From positions 1 through 64,000 of the IMG/VR virus record IMGVR_UViG_3300025133_000042: DNA of 64,000 nucleotides; one strand, 5' to 3'. Of this stretch, positions 28,623-36,621 are shown in pieces. The translations under genes and the position numbers were made by a program. Every line of letters starts with the position of its first letter. Position 1 is the first letter of the stretch. A model generated the notes under the pieces. That model searched no databases. It saw only the letters and a list, made by a program, of their open reading frames with translations, and was not told where the DNA came from. Source of the DNA: a virus.

Positions 28623-28812
28623 TGATTAACTCCAGTTCATGTGTTCCGTGAAAAGAAAAATCATCGATCCACTGTATTCTGTGAGAAACAAATCCCTCTT
28701 CGGGGTAGTCATCTTCGGGGTAGTCAGTTATAGATGTAATAACGCCAGGGCCATAGTAAACACCTTTTATCTGGTATTCCTCTTTGAGCAGAACGATATC
28801 ACCGACTTTCAC
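28612..28812 (-). CDS. KOW/SH3-like microprotein (close paralog of 28238-28447)
   Basis: shared LLKE..GVYYGPGVIT..QW.DDF..H..ELELISE. Confidence 0.7.
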   Translation of the reverse strand: MKVGDIVLLKEEYQIKGVYYGPGVITSITDYPEDDYPEEGFVSHRIQWIDDFSFHGTHELELISEA

Positions 28813-28990
28813 TGACGACCTCTAAGTCATTGATATTAAATGTGTATTCAGTATCGAAAACTGCCTTAACAAAAGTAAAGTTGACCGCATCAGCCGGGTA
28901 TACCTGCGTGACTACGCCTATCGTGTCTTCGTATGCTCGACCCTTGCGGGTCTTCCGCATGGACAACCTTACCAAGTCACCGACTTTCAT
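28799..28990 (-). CDS. KOW/SH3-like microprotein
   Basis: MKVGDLV...SESR. Confidence 0.7.
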   Translation of the reverse strand: MKVGDLVRLSMRKTRKGRAYEDTIGVVTQVYPADAVNFTFVKAVFDTEYTFNINDLEVVSESR

Positions 28991-29282
28991 TGACTTTCTC
29001 CAGAATTATCTTGTCGTAAAAACCGCCGGTGGTCTCGCGCTTGTCCATTGCGACGTTCTCCACCACTTCCATGCAAAGAGCATGTTCGAGACACAAAGCT
29101 CGCAACACTTCCCATATATCTGCTGCCTCTTCATAGCTAGGATTTTCAATAAATTCATTGAGTTCTTCATGCATCTTTTCGTACAAGCGAGCCCTGTATT
29201 CCTCGTCGTCTGCAATGTAATACTCGCATGTCCTGCCACTTTCCTCAATGATTCTGGGGATACCATCTCTAACCAGCTTCAT
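28977..29282 (-). CDS. MazG/PRA-PH-like NTP pyrophosphohydrolase
   Basis: KLVRDGIPRII, KMHEELNEF, EEAADIWEVL, KRETTGGF. Confidence 0.8.
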   Translation of the reverse strand: MKLVRDGIPRIIEESGRTCEYYIADDEEYRARLYEKMHEELNEFIENPSYEEAADIWEVLRALCLEHALCMEVVENVAMDKRETTGGFYDKIILEKVNESR

Positions 29283-29518
29283 TGTCTTGGCCTCTCGAAG
29301 CACGACATTTTCTGCCTCTTCGATACCTGCCCGCAGCGGGGACCGGACAGAGCAACAACGTCGATGGCGGACGCATAAACACCAGCATGTTCACCCATGC
29401 CGCATCGCTCCATCTCGTAGTCTTGCCCCTCCATAAAGCGTGCGGTGTACTCCCCACGAATAACATGATACAGAATTTTGTGATTGCCCTTGAGGCAAAC
29501 CAAATCACCGACTTTCAC
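29279..29518 (-). CDS. KOW/SH3-like microprotein
   Basis: MKVGDLV. Confidence 0.6.
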   Translation of the reverse strand: MKVGDLVCLKGNHKILYHVIRGEYTARFMEGQDYEMERCGMGEHAGVYASAIDVVALSGPRCGQVSKRQKMSCFERPRQ

Positions 29519-29705
29519 TTATGACCTCAACCCATCCGTTGCGTACCGCAGTCAATATCAATCTCTGTGGGCTCTCATACAAGCTCCACTTGACCATAAC
29601 ATATTCTCCGTCTGGCCCTTCAACAGTACCATAGGAACGAACCTCGGACAAGACAAGGCCTAAATCACCGTCTCCTTTATCTTTAATCAAATCACCGACT
29701 TTCAC
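29505..29705 (-). CDS. KOW/SH3-like microprotein
   Basis: MKVGDLI...SESR. Confidence 0.7.
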   Translation of the reverse strand: MKVGDLIKDKGDGDLGLVLSEVRSYGTVEGPDGEYVMVKWSLYESPQRLILTAVRNGWVEVISESR

Positions 29706-29880
29706 TAAAGTGCCCCTTCAAAATTTCTTCCATGGCGTCATGGATTCGATTTTCAAGCTCAATGGCGCGGGGTTTGTCCAAGTCTAAATCGAATGGAATA
29801 TCTACTCGACACTCAACAATATTTGGCCCGATTGCAATATGATATTGCGCGCCTGGAGTTTGGCATTTACGTTCCTTCAC
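29692..29880 (-). CDS. hypothetical protein
   Basis: non-KOW gene ending SESR. Confidence 0.5.
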   Translation of the reverse strand: MKERKCQTPGAQYHIAIGPNIVECRVDIPFDLDLDKPRAIELENRIHDAMEEILKGHFSESR

Positions 29881-30055
29881 TTACAACCTCGATGTATTCC
29901 TCCGACATAGGGCCTCCCATGTCAAAGCTAGCTTTGCATACGGGAGCAAGATTCCAATAGGCCGGGCCACCGATGTGGCCGCGTTCGGCCTCTGTGGTAA
30001 TAATATAGTAACCAATCTTTGCTGGTAAAACTTGAACTAAATCACCAACTTTCAT
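29867..30055 (-). CDS. KOW/SH3-like microprotein
   Basis: MKVGDLV. Confidence 0.65.
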   Translation of the reverse strand: MKVGDLVQVLPAKIGYYIITTEAERGHIGGPAYWNLAPVCKASFDMGGPMSEEYIEVVSEGT

Positions 30056-30264
30056 GCTCTGCTCATAATATGAAACATATCGTCCTCAGTGCAGTAATCT
30101 TGCGATTTCCAAGGATCCGTTAAAATCTTACCTGAGTTCCAAGCGACTTCAACCATCAGCTCGTCGTCATTGTAATGACTTATATAAGTAGAAAGCACTA
30201 TTCCTATGTCGCCATCTGAGCAAGCAAGCACGTCTCCTACTTTTGGAGCATTTTCGCTTTTCAT
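30052..30264 (-). CDS. KOW/SH3-like microprotein
   Basis: PKVGDVL...IGIVL...VEVAW. Confidence 0.6.
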   Translation of the reverse strand: MKSENAPKVGDVLACSDGDIGIVLSTYISHYNDDELMVEVAWNSGKILTDPWKSQDYCTEDDMFHIMSRA

Positions 30265-30500
30265 TCTTGACCAAGCCTACTTGCGCTTATAATTTCCAAC
30301 TCGTGCGGCAGGTAGAGGCGCGCGAGTCTTTTGTGAGCCCACTGCACGCAAACAAGGGCTACATCACGGCTAGGTAGCATTACTGCGGTAACAATGCCGC
30401 CCCAATGGCAGCCAGCGCGATGTGCCACCAAATCACCAATTTCAGGGTGCCTTGCTGACTGTCTTAATTTCTGAGTAGCGGACACTTCTCTCGCTCCCAT
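30261..30500 (-). CDS. KOW/SH3-like protein, start uncertain
   Basis: EIGDLV...GGIV...VQW...LEIIS; no ATG/GTG at the usual junction. Confidence 0.45.
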   Translation of the reverse strand: MGAREVSATQKLRQSARHPEIGDLVAHRAGCHWGGIVTAVMLPSRDVALVCVQWAHKRLARLYLPHELEIISASRLGQE

Positions 30501-30618
30501 CTGATAAGCTGAGTAGCCTGTATTCTTGTTCGCCGGATCCGCGTCTCGGAAGGGCCTTGAGAACAATATAGTAACGAGTTGTCTCGTATAAAACAGAAAC
30601 TAAATCGCCTACCTTCAT
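30442..30618 (-). CDS. KOW/SH3-like microprotein
   Basis: MKVGDLV; start corrected. Confidence 0.65.
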   Translation of the reverse strand: MKVGDLVSVLYETTRYYIVLKALPRRGSGEQEYRLLSLSDGSERSVRYSEIKTVSKAP

Positions 30619-30622
30619 GCGG

Positions 30623-30808
30623 CTAGGGAGCATACTCCTCGTCTGCCATGGGTGTGATAGTGACAACATTCTCCCACGTCATTGAGCCTTCGGGCCACAG
30701 AACCTTAAAGTCGACTGCGACGAGTGAGTCTGTGTGTGCTTCGCTTACGCGGGTGATGACTCCCATTGAGCCAGTATCAATGCACTTTACCAAATCGCCT
30801 GTAATCAT
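30623..30808 (-). CDS. KOW/SH3-like microprotein
   Basis: MITGDLV; GGAGGA RBS. Confidence 0.65.
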   Translation of the reverse strand: MITGDLVKCIDTGSMGVITRVSEAHTDSLVAVDFKVLWPEGSMTWENVVTITPMADEEYAP

Positions 30809-30844
30809 CGAATCCTCCTCGATTCAGATACATTCAAACTATAG

Positions 30845-31324
30845 TTACGCTGCTTCCTTAGACAAGAGCATATCCAACAAAGATTCCCTCCTAGCCTCTC
30901 CGTCGCCTACTCGGATAGAGAAAATCTTCTCACCGCCATAAGGCGAATAGACTCTTGTGCCTACCTCTGACAATACAGCAATAACCTCATGGATTTCAAC
31001 TTCGTAGAGGCTATAGCCACTACTATCATCCTCGAACTCCTGATGAGCAGGGCCTCCCTTTTCTGTGAGAAGAACCATCATGTTTTCAGTCAGTTGCTCA
31101 GGGGTGATTGGGTCTTCCTCAAATGACATCTCGGTGAAATGATCACTGTGCTCCTCGGGATAAGCCTCTAGTGTTAACCAACCTTCATGTTCCGAGTCGA
31201 CTTTTCTAATGTCCCAGCTATAGCCATTGTCATGCCAGTATAGATAATCGTTAATAAAACATCCAAGCACTTTCCTAATGATTTCAATACCATATTTGGG
31301 CTTAAATATGAAACTAGTCTGCAT
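30845..31324 (-). CDS. acidic hypothetical protein
   Basis: ORF in operon. Confidence 0.5.
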   Translation of the reverse strand: MQTSFIFKPKYGIEIIRKVLGCFINDYLYWHDNGYSWDIRKVDSEHEGWLTLEAYPEEHSDHFTEMSFEEDPITPEQLTENMMVLLTEKGGPAHQEFEDDSSGYSLYEVEIHEVIAVLSEVGTRVYSPYGGEKIFSIRVGDGEARRESLLDMLLSKEAA

Positions 31325-31612
31325 TTAAAATCCTATAAACCAGAACAATGAATGATATACGAAAACCATCGAGTAGATGGCCGTGACCGGGACGAGTATC
31401 TTCGGTCTCTTAAAGTATAAGAACACGGCAGCAACAGTAAATAAAGAAATTTTAACTGCTAGAAAAAAAGAAGGCCCATACGAAAGAGCATAGGCCATCA
31501 ATGGGTTCGCCTCCAAGACTCCGAGGCTTATAGCACACAAGGTCAGGCCCGCGTCTACTACATTCAACAGCAAGCAGGCAACAAGCAACCAAGCATATGT
31601 CTTCTCGTTCAC
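31325..31612 (-). CDS. DUF5658-like membrane protein
   Basis: LNVVDAGLT...EANPLM...K; three TM segments. Confidence 0.65.
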   Translation of the reverse strand: MNEKTYAWLLVACLLLNVVDAGLTLCAISLGVLEANPLMAYALSYGPSFFLAVKISLFTVAAVFLYFKRPKILVPVTAIYSMVFVYHSLFWFIGF

Positions 31613-31714
31613 TTCTCATTATATAACTATTGAGAATCGCTTAAAAAAGAAGAATAATTAATAAACCCACCACTTACCCGCATACCTTGAAAGGCAGCTC
31701 AAACCAAATTCTTA

Positions 31715-32518
31715 CTAACTATACAGGCACCTGCCATCAGGAATATTTCCGTCATCAGTAAGCTCAGTAGCTAGTTGCTTGATAACTCTGTCGCCAGGCT
31801 GCTCAATCACAGGGGCATCAAGGGGGCCAACAATCGCCTTAATGAAGCCATTTGTGTTCGTCCTGTGTTCTGAGGGGCTGATAGCAGCACCCATGAAGTT
31901 GTGGACCTGCAAGGGAAGCTGGGCGCCGATCTGGGCAACTGAGCGCGTTTGCCCCCAGCTTTCATGCTCAACAGGACGGCAGAGCGTCACATTGACAATC
32001 GAAGGACTGCCGTAATAGTGTGTCTCGCTAGCGTCCAGATCCTGATGAGAACGCAGTTCATGAATACGAACACCGGTGACCAGAGCAAGGTGGGGCTGCT
32101 GGTTATACATAACCTCAACTAGCGTGCCGATGCCAAAACCCTGTTCGACCATGCTGCGAGTATATCGCTCGTGCTGACGCTTGATTGCTGCGGTCCAGTT
32201 GACAATCTTTTGCTTGCGGTCTGGACAGGTGCGCTTTGTGTGACCAGGCTCGTGGCAATGAGAACACTTACGATTCTTGCCACGCTTGGCAGACACTTTA
32301 AGCGCAGCCTTGTGGCTTTCAAGATTCCGCTTTGCATAATTGCGCTCCCAGTCGTCAGTAAAGTTGTCTTCTGCGATTTGCTTTTCGTAGCCAGCAATCT
32401 GATCTTTGTGGTTCTGCGTCTTTGCCTTGCATGAACTCTTGTTGTGTCCCTGCTCATAGCAATAGCCGCATGTCACTGTGCGAACATACTTTCCATTCTC
32501 ATCTAGTCTATAAGCCAC
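31715..32518 (-). CDS. double zinc-knuckle (CCHC) protein
   Basis: CGYCYEQGHNKSSC and CSHCHEPGHTKRTC; GGAGG + GTG start. Confidence 0.65.
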   Translation of the reverse strand: MAYRLDENGKYVRTVTCGYCYEQGHNKSSCKAKTQNHKDQIAGYEKQIAEDNFTDDWERNYAKRNLESHKAALKVSAKRGKNRKCSHCHEPGHTKRTCPDRKQKIVNWTAAIKRQHERYTRSMVEQGFGIGTLVEVMYNQQPHLALVTGVRIHELRSHQDLDASETHYYGSPSIVNVTLCRPVEHESWGQTRSVAQIGAQLPLQVHNFMGAAISPSEHRTNTNGFIKAIVGPLDAPVIEQPGDRVIKQLATELTDDGNIPDGRCLYS

Positions 32519-32587
32519 AATACCCTCCAGTATAATTATCAGACTTGCATAAAACATAGCCACTTTTCTGGGCTAGTAAAATATATT

Positions 32588-32663
32588 TGGTGCCCCCTGT
32601 CCGGGTCGAACGGACGACCTATCGGTTAAAAGCCGAGTGCTCTACCAACTGAGCTAAGGAGGC
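32588..32663 (-). tRNA. tRNA-Lys(UUU)
   Basis: cloverleaf; loop CTTTTAA; encoded CCA. Confidence 0.9.
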
Positions 32664-32702
32664 GAAATGTGAACTGGCGAGGCCCAGCCTACGCCCCCAG
32701 AG

Positions 32703-32774
32703 CCCGCATGACAGGATTCGAACCTGCAACCTCTAGCCTAAAGCTAGCGCTCGATCCTAGTGAGCTACACGCGA
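32703..32774 (-). ncRNA. tRNA-like element with aberrant anticodon arm
   Basis: acceptor, D and T arms (GGTTCGAATCC) intact; anticodon arm CTAGC-TTTAG-GCTAG. Confidence 0.6.
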
Positions 32775-32849
32775 GATGGGCTGCGATGCGGGGAGTTGAA
32801 CCCCGTCGCCAGTGATACAACTATAAGAGCCGAGCGCGCAGAGTAAAGA

Positions 32850-33170
32850 CTAATCTTCCATTATCTTGCTAAGGGCTTCCAATGTCTTTTCCAAGACCTG
32901 TAGCGCTGCGATGTCTTTAACGGTCTCAAGAGTGCTTGAGGCTGCATCATTGTGGAGCGATAAGAAATCTTGGGAACTCATCTGGGCCGGCTGATAGAAC
33001 TTGTCTTGAGAATCAGAACTTATAGAAGTGTTTTTCTCTTCTGCGTTCTTCCCCGCAGCCTTGTTCTGCTCTTGCCCTTGAGCACCGTTTGTGCCAACAG
33101 ATTGGCCTTGACCAACAGCGGCGGGGCGTATCATGCCGCTGGACGCGGGTGATACTGAACCAACTTTCAT
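32850..33170 (-). CDS. hypothetical low-complexity protein
   Basis: ORF preceded by CTAGTTA motif. Confidence 0.5.
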   Translation of the reverse strand: MKVGSVSPASSGMIRPAAVGQGQSVGTNGAQGQEQNKAAGKNAEEKNTSISSDSQDKFYQPAQMSSQDFLSLHNDAASSTLETVKDIAALQVLEKTLEALSKIMED

Positions 33171-33406
33171 ATTTTTGCCTTTTTCTCTTTCTACTAACCT
33201 CTTTTGTCCTGTAAGTGGTAAGTACATAATATAACTAGGCAAAAAATATGAAAATCTCTATACATATATGCAGGCAAGCATAAAATTATCTAATAACATG
33301 CATGATAAGCAACTACCAGCGCGACGAGGAGCACAACATCGATCATGAACCATTCTAAACTCGGGCGAAATTCTTTCATACAAATAACTAGATGCCGAAT
33401 ATGTTA

Positions 33407-33688
33407 TCAACTATCTTCTTTCGGTACGAAGTCAATATAAGAGCCAGCTTCAAATAAACAAGAATTTTTTTCGACCTTGCTTACAACCTGTAGTTGATCG
33501 ATCAAAAAACTCATTACCCTTTCTTCAGGATAAAGAAAAACGGCGACACACACGTTGGCCTCTCTTCGTATGACGAGGCCAATTTCATCGTATGGTATAT
33601 CTCGGATGTCAGCGGGGAGATTCCCAAGACTATAAGCAGAAAATCTTACTTTTACTAAATCACCAACGCATATTTCTTTTTCAGGCAT
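33407..33688 (-). CDS. KOW/SH3-like protein
   Basis: VGDLVKV...IGLVI...LQVVS. Confidence 0.6.
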   Translation of the reverse strand: MPEKEICVGDLVKVRFSAYSLGNLPADIRDIPYDEIGLVIRREANVCVAVFLYPEERVMSFLIDQLQVVSKVEKNSCLFEAGSYIDFVPKEDS

Positions 33689-33706
33689 CGGCCGCGAAAA
33701 ACCTTG

Positions 33707-34270
33707 TCAAAAAATCTCCTCCGCATAAGAGACTTTTCTTGCATCTAACTTAATTTGCGGATATTTCTCTTGTAAGCGCCTAACGCAATCAACATTGGCG
33801 CGAGAATCATCTAAAAACAATATGTCTTTGTGACCTCTAAGAATCTTTTTCTCGATCCAGTCTGCTTTGGCTTGACTATCAGAATCATCCAAAGTAACCA
33901 ACTCTATCGTATTTGTCATATCGAAGCCTAAATCTTCTAAATATGTGATGATAGCCATTCGTGCGGCGTTCTGACGAGCGGTCAAAATAACAACTTTCTC
34001 GTCTGTACCAGCGTCACATGATTCTCTAAGCAAGCTGGTCACCTGTGTAATCTCGCGAGGGTTGACGACGTTTTCAAAATCTGAAAAATCGTACTCATTG
34101 CGCGAGTTTTTATTGTGAAGCTTAAAATCTGAAGTTGAAATATTTTCCTCGCGGCCATTTGGATAAGTTACGTTTACCACGCAATCTGTCTTGACCAGAG
34201 TGTCATCAAAATCAAATACGCACAGCTTTTCTTTTAGCTGGCGAGCTTTATAATTATACCATTTTCTCAT
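33707..34270 (-). CDS. HAD-superfamily phosphatase
   Basis: FDFDDTL, ILTAR, K, FLDDS..N. Confidence 0.8.
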   Translation of the reverse strand: MRKWYNYKARQLKEKLCVFDFDDTLVKTDCVVNVTYPNGREENISTSDFKLHNKNSRNEYDFSDFENVVNPREITQVTSLLRESCDAGTDEKVVILTARQNAARMAIITYLEDLGFDMTNTIELVTLDDSDSQAKADWIEKKILRGHKDILFLDDSRANVDCVRRLQEKYPQIKLDARKVSYAEEIF

Positions 34271-34286
34271 ACTATGAGTATAAGAA

Positions 34287-35144
34287 CTATTTTGTTGTGA
34301 GTAAAACTTCTTTTGCGGGCTTTGCTACAAAGCCGTTCTCCGTCTTCTTTCTGCGGCCGGCTGTGTAGGTTACATCAAAGTATTTGATCTTGTCGGCGTC
34401 CCATCGATCTTCAAAAAAATTATCGCCTGAATCGCGGTTGGATAGCCAGCCTGTTGCTCCTACTTCGCCACAATGTTGTAGGCAACCGATGACTCTCTCT
34501 TGCTCGGAATCATTAAAATCAGTGTTATACTGAGTAAAAGAATCGCGATAAGGAGGATCCATAAATACAAAGCTATTTTGACTTGCGTACTCTCTCACAA
34601 CGGGCTCAAAATCATTGCAAAAAATAACGGTGTTCTGAAGTGCATCATGCCACCACTTTACAATCTCTCTGTCATACACCTTGTCTTTCTGCTTCCCCAA
34701 GCCAAACGGAGTTCCAAATCGATTATTGGTGTTCTTGTTGATCTGCCAAATGCCATTAAAGGCCGTCTTCATCATAAAATAAAGAGTGGCTGCTTCCTCG
34801 GTTTTGGACCACTTTTCATAGTCATAAGCGTGCTCGTGACGAAGGGCATAAAACCAGATCTTTCTGTCAGCATGACTGAGAGGAAGATATTGCTTCTCTA
34901 GTTCGTCGAGCCTAAGCTGAAAGGACACAAGATTATGCTTTATTTCTCGATAAACAGAGACAATGCTAGGATTGCTATCGTTGATAATGAACTGTGCCTT
35001 TGGGTTCTTTTTATATGCCCAAATGAACATTGCTCCGCCTCCGAAGAAAGGCTCAATATACTTATCAAAATTCTCCGGCAAACAAGGCATATACTTTTTG
35101 AGCATTTTGTTTTTGCCGCCGGCCCAAATGAATAATGGCTTCAT
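34287..35144 (-). CDS. Dam-family (D12 class) DNA N6-adenine methyltransferase
   Basis: WAGGK, YIEPFFGGG, FNG, DPPY. Confidence 0.9.
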   Translation of the reverse strand: MKPLFIWAGGKNKMLKKYMPCLPENFDKYIEPFFGGGAMFIWAYKKNPKAQFIINDSNPSIVSVYREIKHNLVSFQLRLDELEKQYLPLSHADRKIWFYALRHEHAYDYEKWSKTEEAATLYFMMKTAFNGIWQINKNTNNRFGTPFGLGKQKDKVYDREIVKWWHDALQNTVIFCNDFEPVVREYASQNSFVFMDPPYRDSFTQYNTDFNDSEQERVIGCLQHCGEVGATGWLSNRDSGDNFFEDRWDADKIKYFDVTYTAGRRKKTENGFVAKPAKEVLLTTK

Positions 35145-35677
35145 ACAATCTCCATGATCTGTTTAGCCACCTTATCAATATTGGAGTTTTCTCTATCAAG
35201 AATAGCGTAGTTCTCCCCAGCTAAAAATAAAGAAAATTCATCTTGGTAGTGCTGAGGATTGACCAAATACGGCTTCTTGTCCTTTCGTGCAACGTAGAAG
35301 GGCTCACCCGAAAACGTTTTACCCGCAAAGACCAAAAAGAAAGGTTGCGTTGGCGTATCGTATAGCAACTTTATTTTTTGCTTAAGTCCTGGTGATAAAT
35401 ACCTATACGCGCGCTCATGAGCATTGCCGCCTTTATTGCCTGTTTTGTTCTCAACAAAAAGATGTTTTCGCGTCTTTAAATTAAAAATACAGCAATCGGG
35501 TTTGATGCCCCTGCCGTCGTCATATATTTCAATTTTTTTAAATTTTGTCCTAACTTCATAAAAATCAGGCAAATGTGTTGCTATTTTAACAGCAAAAGTT
35601 TGTTCGCCTGCGGTACCTATCACCTTCGCGTGCGCGACCCAGCTAGAATTCCTTGCAGATAATGCTGCACTTCCCAT
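35141..35677 (-). CDS. PD-(D/E)xK restriction endonuclease, MunI-like
   Basis: IKPDCCI...FVENKTG...GNAHERA; coupled to the MTase. Confidence 0.65.
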   Translation of the reverse strand: MGSAALSARNSSWVAHAKVIGTAGEQTFAVKIATHLPDFYEVRTKFKKIEIYDDGRGIKPDCCIFNLKTRKHLFVENKTGNKGGNAHERAYRYLSPGLKQKIKLLYDTPTQPFFLVFAGKTFSGEPFYVARKDKKPYLVNPQHYQDEFSLFLAGENYAILDRENSNIDKVAKQIMEIV

Positions 35678-35696
35678 AATAATCTCCTGTCTAGAC

Positions 35697-35724
35697 AACA
35701 TAGGAATGGTCGCGTGTCAGTCAA
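35697..35724 (-). promoter_or_regulatory. sigma70 promoter TTGAC-N17-TATGTT for the R-M pair
   Basis: direct reading. Confidence 0.6.
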
Positions 35725-36349
35725 GAACTATTTTGGAAAGAGCTTTAGCAGCCATGCGCTCTAATCGGCTCAATGATTTCAGGGTCTCAAGGCCTTCGGA
35801 GAATGTGAATGGCCGGCCTTGGACGCGCGTCATAAACTCTGATTCTTCGCCCATCTTGAGATTCCCAACTTCGATTTTCTGGTCTAGACCAGGAAATTCA
35901 CTATTGTTTGTGCCATACAAATAGGCGCCTTGACCACCCATGGGAATTATCAAAACTGAATCTTGACAGAACTTTTTGCCTAACATTATTATATTATTAA
36001 TAAAGTTTGAATCTTCCTCAAGGTTGACTACGATTAGGCTCTGCTCACCGACCTCGACGGCATCAGGGGTCTCAAAGTCCTCGATATAACTGCCCTTCGC
36101 CTTTGTTACTCCATACTTTAAAGACAGCAACGCAGCCTTTAAATTGCGATTTCTAAGCATGTTTGACCCCGAGATGCCCCCATGGTCGTCGGAAGCTGTC
36201 GGATCCGGGGAAGAGCACTTAGAGAGGTCAGCTGGGTCATCCCTGAAGGCAGTTATAACTGCAACATCAGTCTTCCCGATAAAATGGTAGACCCTCGAAA
36301 GAGAAGACTCATTGAGAAAGGACTTCCACTTTTCAGGCCCCGAACTCAT
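35717..36349 (-). CDS. conserved large-phage protein with WKSFLNE leader
   Basis: ESSLSRV, ITAFR, GSYIE, FCQDSVL. Confidence 0.55.
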   Translation of the reverse strand: MSSGPEKWKSFLNESSLSRVYHFIGKTDVAVITAFRDDPADLSKCSSPDPTASDDHGGISGSNMLRNRNLKAALLSLKYGVTKAKGSYIEDFETPDAVEVGEQSLIVVNLEEDSNFINNIIMLGKKFCQDSVLIIPMGGQGAYLYGTNNSEFPGLDQKIEVGNLKMGEESEFMTRVQGRPFTFSEGLETLKSLSRLERMAAKALSKIVLD

Positions 36350-36621
36350 TGGGCCACCTCGGCGCGGCGCAGGCAGGCTTTCAGTGTTCTAATTTCCTTA
36401 CCGGCGTTAATAACTCTAACCTCATCAGTGCGATATTCTGTTTTAGACAGATCTGTGCCGCGCAGTAACTTTAAGTGTGCCATGGCAGAAATATATTTAT
36501 CGTCGCTAACCCAATCAATGCCGGCATATGACCAGCCATCTTCTTTAATTTCAACTTTCTTGATCACCCCGTATCTTCGGATGCCTTGATAGTCTTGAAA
36601 CACTACATCATCAATCTTCAT
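36346..36621 (-). CDS. KOW/SH3-like protein
   Basis: MKIDDVV...YGVI...IDW. Confidence 0.5.
   Translation of the reverse strand: MKIDDVVFQDYQGIRRYGVIKKVEIKEDGWSYAGIDWVSDDKYISAMAHLKLLRGTDLSKTEYRTDEVRVINAGKEIRTLKACLRRAEVAQ

Larger units (their letters stand above)
19311..30055 (-). repeat. 14-nt dual-coding junction repeat RTGAAAGTCGGTGA
   Basis: exact at 19311, 27102, 27335, 27510, 27842, 28011, 28434, 28799, 28977, 29505, 29692; variants at 25616, 25788, 27688, 28238, 30042. Confidence 0.9.
17886..32847 (-). promoter_or_regulatory. family of sigma70-like early promoters TTTAC-N17-TAT(A/G)(G/A)T
   Basis: 17886-17913, 18460-18487, 19126-19153, 20137-20164, 20758-20785, 21097-21124, 22443-22470, 23761-23788, 23932-23959, 24666-24693, 25412-25440 (N18), 28031-28058, 32553-32580, 32820-32847. 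Confidence 0.8.

Noticed and set aside
25616-30055. 14-nt repeats as a CRISPR array or integron attC sites
   Set aside because: Repeats are short and non-palindromic, the spacers are 150-500 nt of intact ORFs, and no cas or integrase gene is in the window.
6431-30808. Diversity-generating retroelement behind the two arrays
   Set aside because: No reverse transcriptase and no template/variable repeat pair with adenine-specific differences seen.
32703-32774. TAA recoding via a UUA suppressor tRNA
   Set aside because: TAA, TAG and TGA all end conserved genes at expected lengths under code 11, and the anticodon arm is non-canonical.
32776-32813. tmRNA, suggested by GACGGGGTTCAACTCCCC
   Set aside because: No GGGGC..GATTCGAC 5' end, tag ORF or CCA 3' end nearby.
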